Shown one piece after another: positions 11,525-22,570 of a DNA stretch of 64,000 bases. Below the pieces are notes generated by a model. It saw only the letters and a program-made list of their open reading frames with translations. It was not told where the DNA came from and did not search any database. Position 1 is the first letter of the stretch; every line of letters begins with the position of its first letter. The position numbers were made by a program, and so were the translations under genes. The stretch is from the NCBI GenBank assembly GCA_011109175.1, contig RDEW01000011.1, positions 428,193 to 492,192 on the forward strand, given 5' to 3'. The DNA comes from Dicyema japonicum (Eukaryota > Animalia > Dicyemida).

Positions 11525-12210
11525 AACATTAGTTAGCTGCCGCCCTAACTGCGTGGCTGTTCCCTCTCAGAATGCAAGAGAAATTCGCTCAAACAGCCAG
11601 CGGCGTTCGCGGAGATCTCCAGTGCAGGAGGTGATCCGGTTTCCAAGACTTCCGAAAAACTCTAGTGTAGAGAGGGAGTAGGATCCGGAAGTCTCCATAG
11701 CAAGGGGAACAAATTGGATATTATCGGAAAGGTCGCCGTATTTTTTCGAGTTTGGCCTTATCCGCTTTGACGGCTGCAGAGCAGACCTTTGAAGCGCACT
11801 CTTGAAGATTGTTCGGGGCGAACGTGTCTGTACATGTCACGTCCCAAACAAGTGGTTTCCGGCCTCAAAGGGAAATATGGCCATCCCATCCGGTCGTTTC
11901 CCGTCACTTCTGCATAACCCAAAGTTCAAGAATGGCCGAGTATCCAGCAGTATCCATAGCCCGCTTGACAATCTCATTCAGAGCCTTGTGCCTTGGGGAT
12001 CTGCCAGCGCTCCTTTTGGAGGCGAGAGGGTGCAGGCCATAGCAGTCTATCAGGACGCCACATCGGCACGGGTGAGGTATACATACTTTCAGTCCCAGCC
12101 GCAGAGAGATACCACTTCTAGCGCATTCATTATCCAGAGAGGTGCCCAGAGCTCCATTTGGGATGGCGTTTAGCCAAGCTCCGCTCTCAGGGGAAGCCCC
12201 CGAAAGCAAA
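11525..12210 (-). mobile_element. 3' part of a CRE-clade retrotransposon
   Basis: GAWLNAIP..ISLRLGL..HPCRCG..HPLASKRSAGRSPRH, LVWDVTCTDT and ILRGNSHAVRAAAN. Confidence 0.85.
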
Positions 12211-12735
12211 ATTTGTTAATTGGTCGCAAAATTGAGGTGGTTACGAACCTATATTTGTCTAAATATTTATTTTATTTCATGGTGGATGAAAACCCGTGTC
12301 TTTTTTCTATCGTAACCACGTAGGAGGCGATGAACTCAGAAGACATCGGAAATCCGAAGTTCTAAACAAAGAAAGGACCAAATGCACTTAAGATCCGTAC
12401 TCAAATCTCGTCAAGCCAAAGATCGAAATAACTCCGAGGATCATTTGCCATAAACCACACGTGTGGATGATAGTCAACACCGCAATGTATGTTCATATTA
12501 AGAGTTAGTCAGTTAAATGCACTCCCGCTTTAACCGTGAGCATATGAATACATAGGGTTCCGCTTGTCCTCCTCCCACGTCTTCGCAGTTCATCAGGTCG
12601 TCCGCAGTCCTCTCACGTTGAAAGTTATAATTGTAAACGGGGTAGAATGGACAGACTGAGAGTACGATAAAGACATTACTAGGTGTAAACCACTCAACCA
12701 ACAAATAAGAATAAAACAAATTTGTATAAAAATAG

Positions 12736-13721
12736 TCAAGAAAGCTGATCCAGCCTTTTGGAGACAGCATCAGAAATAATAGCAGATACGTTATCATTCA
12801 AAATTTCGCTAATCTAGGGAACATAAGAATAACAAAAACTGTGAATTCATTTGAAATATTAAAGGCCATATCTACGGTCAAATCAAAGATTGCCATCTGA
12901 TGAGCAGACAAACATAGAATACAATTCCTGACACGTGCAATGTCGGAGAACTCATCCTTCGACAACTACATATAATATAAAACAAACCTGTTTGTCATCG
13001 TCCACGTTACTCACCCAAATGCTCCGTTGTTGCCAAATATAATGTTTACACCACAAATAAGTGTACAAAAATGTGACTTGCAACGCTTAACAAGGGACGG
13101 AGATATTTTAACCAAAACTCCGTGCTTGAGCTACTCGTTAGAGAAAGTAATGACCCGTCCGTATTTGTTACTCCGAGAGTGCAGCTGAACACATCCATCA
13201 TTGGGGACTGTCCTTACTTCTGCACTAATCAGATCTCCTTCGTTGAGATACGTTCTCATCAGCTTCTCGTCTTCAAAAGATTTGATCCTCTGTTAATGAG
13301 ATGTAAATGAATACTGAGTCTCCACTGGGTAGGATCACTGAAGATAACGGTAAAATGGCATCCTGTCTTGAATTTATATCAACTCTCCACTTCCTCAGCC
13401 CTACAGCGACAATTCTCCCAACCACAACGTCCCCGACCTCCCCGTTGTACCTAAAATAAAATGTATAACGACCTGGTCTTCAAAGGGATGACACGAACGA
13501 GTTGATTAACGTAGTTTACAACACCGGCAATTGTAGCATTTATCATCCCATCGTCCTCTCTAATAGTTCCATGTCCACTAGTCATATCACAAATGGACAA
13601 ACTGCATGTAACTTGGATTGTCTGCGATCATTTCTCCAGGGACAATTATCTGATTCTTGTTTTCGATGAAAGTGGATTTTCTCCGATAGGATTTGTTTAA
13701 CGAATAAACGATGTGAGACAT
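12736..13721 (-). CDS. EXOSC2: Exosome complex component RRP4; one apparent 1-nt deletion near 13021
   Basis: IIVPGEMI..MHGHGT, PLKTRYNGEVGDVVVGRI, EGDLISAEV, GVLVKISPSLVKR, GNNG-IWV and IARVRNCI; six introns of 22-26 nt. Confidence 0.92.
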
Positions 13722-13854
13722 AACTTAACGTGAAAATATTTTAAATTGAAATTTTACAAAAAATTAATATTTTGATCATTCAATATTTAAAAAATAATGA
13801 ATTATTAATTAACCAAAACTTAGAGGGACTCGCAAAAAAGGATCTATTTTCCCC

Positions 13855-13975
13855 TACTCTGGCTGGATATGGATGGACGTGATGTTTGGAAAGGATGTGT
13901 CTCACTTAGACCGTTGGAACTTATACCTTAATTAGGCGTTAATTAACTTTTTCAGATATATCCGGGGTTGTTAAA
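13855..13975 (+). mobile_element. 3' fragment of SINE family 2
   Basis: ggatggac..ttaattag..atatccggggtt matches the 3' end of 15570-15860 and the reverse of 44815-44920. Confidence 0.5.
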
Positions 13976-14149
13976 AAATTAACCATTAAGAATTTGACAT
14001 AATGTTTCACCCATCTTTAGGGATTTATTTACCCCTGGTGCCATTAAGTGAAAGAAATCAGTGGCTAGCAGGAAAGTCATCAAGATCAGACACTCCCAGA
14101 GATCCATTTGATGTGGCGCAGAACTGAAGGGGAACCCAAACAAGGCAAT

Positions 14150-15500
14150 AGGTGGCTAGTCTACTAGTCGTCTAGAAAGCAAATAAGACAAAGTGAAGAA
14201 GGCGATTGTCTGATTCTGTATAAATAAGAATGTAAATCCATCTGATGACTTCAGCGGAGGACACCAAGTGGACACAAAGTTCACGCGGTATTGAAGCTTC
14301 GCTTTTGTCAATGTTTGATGAAAGACGTCCTTGAAGTTTATGATGCCTTCTGATGACATTAGTAGAGACGGTCGTTTTAAGCCGCCACTGAGTTGGCTCA
14401 TTTTCTGTGATGGTTCGAAGAATGCGAACTTTGTCACCGAGTGTAGGTATGATTCTCAATTTGTTTGTTGAAAGCCAAAGGCAGTGAACCGGATGCCCCG
14501 TCGTTTTACATTTGTCAAGGAATTGTAGATTGAGCATCATGAAATAGTCCTTTTTTATGATTACAGTGTGGGTATGGTTCTTAGTCGGTAATTATTTTTA
14601 GGGTAGACTTTTGAGTCATTTGTATTTTTTCAACGTTGTTATTGATAAACAGGGTCCCCAGAGAGGAACGACATAGTTCATCGTTGTTCTTTATATAATC
14701 AACAACGACAACAGATGTGATGGTGGGAGTTGAAATCTCCGCAATAATATGTTCAATAGACAAATGAGGAAGTAATTTGGCTTGTAGAAGAAATAGAAGG
14801 ATATAAACATTGGCGATAGTCAAGGTTATCTTGACCTGGATAGATGAAATTTCTATATGAGGACCCTCAGACATGTGAGATTTAATAAATGGGAACAATC
14901 AGAAAAAGGAATAGAAATGTGAACAAGGTTAAATAAACTACCCCAGCTGAGCGGGATGTGCAGGAATGTATAACAGAATAATTTTTGAAGTGTGGAGTCC
15001 TGGGTTTCGATGTAAGCTTTGTTTCTTGGACAAGAGAAATATGTCCACACAATGATCGTGCAAAGTTACTTGAATCAACATATTTTCTGAAGTCCGAGGA
15101 TGTTCAATTGGAATATCCTCACTTTCTTTTAGATAACTCTTATCCAGTGTTAGGTTCAACATCACCACATCTAATCAAAGAAATCTGGAAACGGTAGCAT
15201 AGCACTCGTCCCGTACCCACTACCAAGCGAACTATTTGGTAGTTAGTTGTTTGACGAGGGAAATAAGTTGGGTCTGCTCGCTACGAATGTATGCAGTTTT
15301 CTCTACGAGCAAATGACCCACATTAAGACCAAGAAGTGGGACAAATGGTTTTATTCATCCTGAGGGGATGAAGACATTAGGCGCACTAAAGCTATTCATA
15401 GTTACCAGGGCAACGTCACAGCTTAACTTTCCGCCCAACTAACCACTAGCCTAACCTGAAAAAAGTAGACTAATTAGCATTCCATGGTTAAATTTTTTAA
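14150..15500 (-). mobile_element. 5' part of an APE-type LINE (endonuclease region), degenerate
   Basis: VRIFQLNILGL, LVQETKL and ITLTIANVY motifs, preceded by the 2A-like LIRCGDVEPNTG*. Confidence 0.75.
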
Positions 15501-15569
15501 AGATTTTTTTGAATAACCAGTCGATTTATAACCAATATTAGCTACAACTATAATTATTTTGAAAGGCCA

Positions 15570-15860
15570 CGTGCTGATATGTGGCTGATTGGTTGATATT
15601 TCTGTTTGTTTTCTCTGTTCCACCTCTTCTCTTTCGTGCTAGAGTGGTGTCATATGATCCACCTGTCTCAGGTGGCGCCCAGTAATAGGATGGCGTGAAA
15701 AAGATCACTTGCTTTCTCTCACTCCACTGGAGGGGTTTCCACGACTGCAAGGAATGACGTCTTTTACCCTTTATGCTGGTTCCGGATGGACTTGTGTGAC
15801 GTTGAAGGACTCTTTTTCTGTAACTGTGAAATTTCTTGGTGTATCCGGTTAATAATTATT
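15570..15860 (+). mobile_element. SINE family 2
   Basis: Core gtcatatgatccacctgtctcaggtggcgcccagt..ccactggaggggtttccac matches the reverse complement of 44940-45050 and 32070-32170. Confidence 0.75.
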
Positions 15861-16224
15861 GTCACCGTCCATACGTGGAACTCCATCTACTTTTTTCCCA
15901 GTTTATGACTTTTTTTGACAAAATTTTTTATTTATTCAAATCCACATATGGACGGTGACAATTATTTAGAAAATGAGTGCCTCAAGAGCATCATATTAGG
16001 CTACTTTATGATATATATTAAATTCTTTTTTATAATCGATAATTGGCTAATCACATTAAAAATCAATTATTTCATTATGTCATTAGAAGTAACCAACCAA
16101 ATAAAACTTTATTATCTTTCTCATAAATCCACTATAATCAATATTAACAGCTTTCTTTATCTGTTCAACTAAACCTTTATCCCTAATCTACTTTAATATA
16201 ACAATGAAATTAATCATCCTTATT

Positions 16225-16330
16225 TACTTAATAACCCAGAGAAGGGAACACCAAAAAAGGAGTAAACCAACTAATTAAGTGATCCCGGTACACTTCAAAA
16301 GGATCCTTATTGTCTCTTAATGAAACAAAT
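16225..16330 (-). mobile_element. LINE 3' end fragment
   Basis: aactaattaagtgatcccgg motif shared with the LINE 3' ends at 45300 and 60095. Confidence 0.45.
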
Positions 16331-16552
16331 TATAAATCCCTTAAATCGATATTAACATTTTACTAAGCCAAAACCCTCCAGAGATCACAATGGATCTTGA
16401 AGAAAGCAACCAGCTTTTCGATTAAAATTAAATATCCCAAAATATTGCACCAAGATAGCTCTGACTGAACCAGTAAGCTAGTGACGGAAACACTAAAAAA
16501 AGCAAAAAATGTTTCCAAGTCAAAAAATACCACTTAAAGGAAAAATACTAAA

Positions 16553-17379
16553 TTAGTCAGTAAGTAGCGGGAAAAACTGATTATTAACAGCACCATCCTT
16601 TGACAGAACTGTAATCATAACTCCATCTCCAATCTCAATCAGCCTATTGGAGGCAGCCCTGAACAGATTCACAGCAAACAAGGAGAGTTGTTCCACAGTC
16701 ATGTCAACTTGCTCACTCCTAGTGATCTTTTCATGATTGGACAGATTATTGTTGGCAAACTAACCATATAAACCAAAAACACCAGATTGGACAGCAGAGG
16801 AATCATCACTTCCGATCCATTTCCAGAAGCAGAATATATTAGCTTCTCAATACATCCAACAGGGTCAAAACTGTAGACACATCCACTCCCTATAGGACTA
16901 AGTCACATTACAACCCTCATTGTCGAACCCTGCCACGACTGGGAACGAATAATACGGAAAAAATCGTTTGCTGTACAATTTGAGGGAGAGACGATTACAG
17001 AATGAGTCACATGTTATCAGATGACCAGATGATTCTTGATATCTCTATTTTTGATGATAACGACATGTTACATCCACAATCATTTTCATTTCCTTGACCA
17101 GAGTAACAGCATCCCCCTGAAATCCACACGTACCCATTATAACATTCTGATTACTACGAATCATCATAATTACCAACATTTTCTGAACTCTCTCCACATT
17201 TCTGCTTAACACTTGGTATCCAGAAATTAGTCTGGTATCAGCAGCCAAAAGAACGAAATCCTTTGCAGCAATTCCAACGATGGTTCTAAAAACATTCAAA
17301 AAGTAATAAACCCTCCGTTGAATTCATACGGACTCCACTCTTGTTCTTTAGAGTTAACTATACCATCAAAGTGTATCAT
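16553..17379 (-). CDS. PSMB1: 20S proteasome subunit beta type-1 (beta6)
   Basis: [48 protein letters not shown]; five 23-27 nt introns, intact frame from ATG 17379 to TAA 16553. Confidence 0.95.
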
Positions 17380-17804
17380 GGAAAAAAACTAACGTTGATT
17401 TATTATTTAAAAATATATTAAAAATTAGTTTAATATTTTAAGATAGAATGTTAAATATTGCTAAATTCAAGGTTGTGACTACAAACATTTATTTTAAAAT
17501 ATGGCTAATTTACGATGGACACGAGATATTTGGCTGTTTTGTCCATTCATGTTGTCTATTGATTTTGTCCGGTTGCATGGCACTGCTTGTCAAATGCACT
17601 ATTACCGTCATCTTCATGTACTAGAAAGCCATTATTCTTGTCATTCAAAATATATATTTTCGACAAATAATAATAATACATTGCTGTCTCGCAACGCTGC
17701 TACGCAACGTCTGACGTTTATCGTCAACAGTGTCGTTAATAATGCTAAATGTTATATTTTAATGTCGCTTGCTTTAATATTTTAGGAAAATTGATAAACT
17801 GATT
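17380..17804. promoter_or_regulatory. Probable bidirectional promoter region between divergent PSMB1 and CEP164
   Basis: Head-to-head ATGs 425 bp apart with an AT-rich spacer; inferred from the arrangement only. Confidence 0.4.
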
Positions 17805-19553
17805 ATGCTTACCAACGGAGTGGGCGACATTGTGTTACACGAGGACTGCAGTTGCGATGATGAACCCACACAGGAAGAGGTAGAAGAATACGCTCGATTC
17901 ATTGATCTGGATCCCAAAGTTGAGTCCGATTTGATGTATATTGCCCACAATGGTATCAGGGCTCCTCTTCCTGAGCACTGGAAACCTATGTAGAGAGAAT
18001 AGCATTGATTTTCAGATTACAAGAGAATGGGCGGCTATATTATTTCAATTTTGCGACAAGAGAAACCTCCTGGGAACATCCATGCGACGAAATATACCGT
18101 AAAATGGTTATTACGGAGAGAAATAAGGCATTGATGTTGTAATCATATTAGAAACCCATAAATGGAAGAGTCAATGGTCATTCTACCTTCCCCTCTCAGT
18201 ACAAGATCAATGTTTTTCATGTTTTTTAGTCTATAGAACAATCACTTAGTTGTTGACTCCTCATTCATGACATCCTATGACTTGAAGAACGACTGGTACA
18301 ACAATTTGACGAATTTAAGTGATTTGACTCAAAGTGGGAGTAATGGAAAGCAAAGTAGTCAAATTAGTCCTCTTATCACGTCCCCAATGTCGACTCCAAA
18401 ACCAAAGACTAGTGAGACTGAATTGCGTAACAGTGCAATGTTAGATGAGATTCCTTACTGTGGTATAATTTCGACAGACCAATCTAACGGGTCTAATTTA
18501 CCAAATAATATACCACAAACCGTTAAAATTAGCTTTCTTATCGATAGATTATGCGCAGAAGGGAAGATGTAACTCAACAACTTATGCATAACCTCACCTT
18601 GCTCGGCAAATTAAAATCTGTTTGATTTAGGTCTCATGCATAGATTGATCCACACAGTAGAGAAGAGTCTCAGATATTTCAGTGGTATTTTTGTTTATAA
18701 ATTCAGCAGTAAAGTGGCTGAGAATATACTGGGGGTTGCTAATTCTGAAACTGTTGTGCCTTCATATTTTAATAATCAAGCGGAAAACGTGCTTGGGACT
18801 TGCCTTAATAATAAAATGGAGAATTTAGTGGAAAGTTGTTCGAAAGCTAAAATTGGGAATATCGCGGGAGCTCCTAATACAAAAACTGAGAATTTTCCTG
18901 ACTCTCAGTCCAAAATGAGTACTGGGAATATACCGGAGACTGGTTTTAATACCAAAGCTGAGAATTTACTCAACTCTCAGCCAAAAATGATTACTGGGAA
19001 TATACCGGAGATTGGTTTTAATACCAAAACTGAGAATTTCCTCGACTCTCAGCCAAAATGATTACTGGGAATTCACCGGGACTGGTTTAATACAAAAAAT
19101 GATAATATTGACCGTCACTCAAATGTTAGATGATTATAATATGTCATAGGTTGTAAATGTCACTTTTGATATGTGTGGTGAAAATGGTTTGATTGATATT
19201 GTTTATTCTATTTAGATGATAAATTTAAATTCAGATTCAAACCAGGTCGTTGCAGAATTTTATTCTTAGGATATCAAAAAAGAATTTCTCCGACTGAGAT
19301 CAAGTCCTATGATCGAGCTGAGAGGTCTCTTGATGCGAAATGGGAGAGATATCAGCAGTTTGGTAGCTCAGGAGTAACCTGTGGAAGGAAAAGGACAAAA
19401 AACACTCCGCCTGTTGTGCTGTTGTCTTAAATATCTAACGTTTTTTGCAGTAATGGAAAGACTGTCGAGGAGAAGGAAATTGAGGAGAGAATGAAAGACC
19501 ATAAAAGGTGGTTAAAAGATTTACAAAATGATATTGACGAAGGTTTACTGTGA
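17805..19553 (+). CDS. CEP164: CEP164-like centriolar distal-appendage protein (N-terminal WW domain); 3' exon structure less certain
   Basis: [61 protein letters not shown] matches the CEP164 N-terminus; introns of 24-26 nt including two GC-AG; indels in the repeat region. Confidence 0.82.
18850..19100 (+). repeat. Coding tandem repeat, ~72-bp (24-aa) unit, about 3.5 copies
   Basis: Units [24 protein letters not shown] and [24 protein letters not shown]. Confidence 0.9.
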
Positions 19554-19929
19554 AATTAAAAAAAACTGTGATTGTAATATATTAAAAAGTCCCTTTATTG
19601 TTTCATATTTCAAAATTTTCTGAATTAATTAAGCATTTGCTTGATTTAACGATTTTATGCATTTTAATCAAGTGGACTTTTGGAATTTGTGCTTTTAATT
19701 TCGCTGCACGTGTATAGCTGTCCAGGGAGATTTAGTTAAGGGCCTAGTAATTCGGTTAATTACTTGTATGGGGACCTTTATCACTCATAAAAAACACCCC
19801 TTCCGGCAAGGGGTAGGTAATTTTTCCATTACTTAAACCACACTTAGGCAGAACTCCACTATTTTGAGAAGCAAGAACAGTAATGTTAATTAATCCGAGC
19901 AATTTCAAAGACATTGAAAGGGTTCTTGA

Positions 19930-20055
19930 CTTCTCGTTCTCTTTGTTTGTGTGTGAGTCTCAGTTTCGCGGTGTGAAACACTGATTACGGCGTCACTCGT
20001 CAACCCAAACCATCGTAGATGAGTGGAACCTTCAACCGAATGGGCAGCAGCAAAA
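19930..20055 (-). mobile_element. Diverged SINE family 1 core fragment
   Basis: acggcgtcactcgtcaa..catcgtagatg..tggaacctt shared with 7940-7995. Confidence 0.6.
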
Positions 20056-20104
20056 TTATATTACTTATAGAAATCGATAACACATAAAAAATTTTATAAG
20101 TTCG

Positions 20105-20200
20105 GAATCGTGAGCGCTGCTGGTTATTTGAGCGAATCTCGCTCGCTATCCTGAGAGGGAATAGCCACGCAGTCAGGGCAGCCGCTATATAACCGTTTGC
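20105..20200 (+). mobile_element. CRE 3'-end fragment
   Basis: ttgagcgaatctcgctcgctatcctgagagggaatagccacgcagtcagggcagccgct is very similar to the reverse of 11535-11600. Confidence 0.7.
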
Positions 20201-20959
20201 TCTCTTTCCTTTCTTTAATAAAAAAATAATTTAAAAAAAGTTCAGAATAACGTTGAACATAAATTTAGTGCCAATTAAACTGTTTGTTGTCCCAGTCAGT
20301 CCCACCATGGTGCAAATTGATTTTTATGTCGCCTGCTGGCAGAAAAAAATGCCTACACTTGTAGCTAACAGAACCAACTTTTTACCAAGCAACTACCAAA
20401 TAGATTGCTTGATAGTGATTATGAGTGCCAAAGTATGGTTCCAAGATATTTGTGTACATTGGTAGACAATAAGTATTGATTCTTCAACCATGCCCTGATC
20501 ACGACACAACATGGAAATAACCAAGGAAGGGCCAGCTAAAACACAGTTCTTGAATATCCAGTGTGTTGTAAACTATTACGAATTCCCACTCTCAACCAAT
20601 TGCCAGTAGTCAGTCACTCGGAAAACTTTTTGACTTGTAGCCAGGAGAACTATCAGTTGGCATTTTTTGTCGACAAAATTAACGAGCCGATAAATTAGTA
20701 GACAAAACACCATTAAAAGAAAGCATTTAACGTTACTAGGGAAAAGTACAATATTTAGAAACAGTTAAATAGATTATGTGGTAAAAAATAAATTAATTGG
20801 TTCTTATAACCCCAATTATATCGATCAGTATGACATAACTATTATGCATAATGTATTCATCTCCTCAATGAATACATTATGTAGCCTCTTGTCCCCCCAT
20901 TAGACTGCGGTAACGTCGGATGCATGGACTTTCCGAAATATGGAACATGGTATGCACTA

Positions 20960-21045
20960 ACATCTTTGTTCGAATCCCGCCTGGCCCAATATGAAGGAAC
21001 CTGGATATGTCTGCCTTGAAGAGGAACAAGGGAATTATAAATTAT
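20960..21045 (+). mobile_element. Short tRNA-like repeat (putative SINE family 3)
   Basis: B box gttcgaatcccgcctgg..gtctgccttgaagaggaacaaggga; inverted copy at 51455-51530 and a head fragment at 45198-45222. Confidence 0.55.
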
Positions 21046-21129
21046 TAATACCCAAATAATAATCATTTTTACATTAATTTAGAATTATCCGCAAAAAAAT
21101 TGTTATAACAATTAGTGACGCAAGAATAA

Positions 21130-21470
21130 AAGGCGTATGGGACTCTTTTCTCTTAGAAAGGTGGAACACTTGCTTGAGACGCCTTCTGTATATAGGGACT
21201 TTCCCTTTTCAACTTCACAACAATTATCAATTACCGAGGATCGGCCTTCCGGAACCCTTAAAGAGAAAAATATTCGATTTTAGGAGAAACTAGGAGACAA
21301 ATTAGTTTCCTTCCAACATGCCATCGGACCGAATGGGAGGGTAGCAAAAAAGAAAAGAGCAAGCGAGAAGAAGGGTGACTGATTAGGTGCATTTCCATAC
21401 AAATAGTAAGAAGGAATGCGTTTCCAATCCCAAAAGCTGCTTACTAATTTAAAAATTTCTAATAAACAAA
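21130..21470 (+). mobile_element. Highly degenerate CRE 3' fragment
   Basis: Ends gtaagaaggaatgcgtttccaatcccaaaagctgct, resembling the CRE C-terminal (V/L)RGN..AA block. Confidence 0.4.
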
Positions 21471-22570
21471 TAATAATGACGGAATCCGCTTTAAAACAGC
21501 AGTCTGGAAATTATAACAGCTTGAGTGCATTGTCTATGAACAATAAGCGGTTAAATTAGGGAAATTAATTATTAGTAATTTATTATTAAATATTAGTTAA
21601 GATCAAATTAATAAGAGTGTTTATTCCTGATAAGATAGTTAATCACAAAATCAATAGGATCAGAGGGTCTAGAATAAGTAATGAATGGTACCTTTCCTTC
21701 GCCAGAGACATCATGGATTGGATAAGAATAGGTACTACAGTCCGGTGTAAATAATCACGCTCTGGAAGATTTCGTAAATCACTTCGCGTAATCTTACCTA
21801 TATCACGTAATCCAATCTAACATTTACAAACATGGTATGCCTGAGATCTGGAATCCATGAAGCTGTGTTCCTCTCCGCTGTTTTTCTGTTCGGAATTATT
21901 TGGGGATATTATGACTATGATAGTAAAATGAATTGATACAATCATCCATATATACCACGTCTAGATTACTTAAACAATTTATTTAAAAATTATTTTGAAA
22001 TATATTTAACTATTTTTTAATAAAATTAAGAATTGATTAATGGCCACGTAGTTCCTTGTTGTGCTTGTGCCTACTTGATTGAAGAATTTGAGTTTATCGT
22101 TTCGATTTTCACTAAAAGACCCTATTTATAGGATATGGGAAAAACACCGATGACTTCGATGAACTTACTGAAGCGTCTATGGAGGAAAGTTGGATGGAAA
22201 AAACTAGTAGATAGGATAGTTATGATTACATCACGAGTGAAACACCAAGTACATATACTATGAGAAACGCGGGAGTTCTCTCGAAAACTAACTTATTGGA
22301 TATGGGGACTCTGCCCTTTATGCTTTCTTGGTGACCATATAACGGATCACTATCTCATTATTAGGGCGATTTTTATCAATAAAATCAAAAATTGATATGT
22401 TCTTTAAAAATGTTTAAAACTTATAAAAATGTAGTCATAATCAAATATATATTAATCAAAACTTATAAAGTCAAAATTTGGTTAATGTCGGTAAAAAGGT
22501 TAAAATTTAATTTTTTTAAATCAATAAAGTCAAAATTTTTAATTTTTCGAGTTTTTAAATAAAATACTAG

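Noticed and set aside
11475-12173. Plus-strand ORFs of 68-123 aa over the CRE fragment (similar antisense ORFs elsewhere)
   Set aside because: They are shadows of more GC-rich retroelement coding sequence on the opposite strand.
12840-13720. Helitron/PIF1 helicase remnant
   Set aside because: Spliced translation is clearly RRP4/EXOSC2.
17501-17785. 94-aa ORF in the PSMB1-CEP164 spacer
   Set aside because: No homology cues or intron pattern; it lies in a probable promoter region and is likely spurious.
20250-20700. Possible MULE or Harbinger remnant
   Set aside because: No frame gave a convincing catalytic or SWIM motif.
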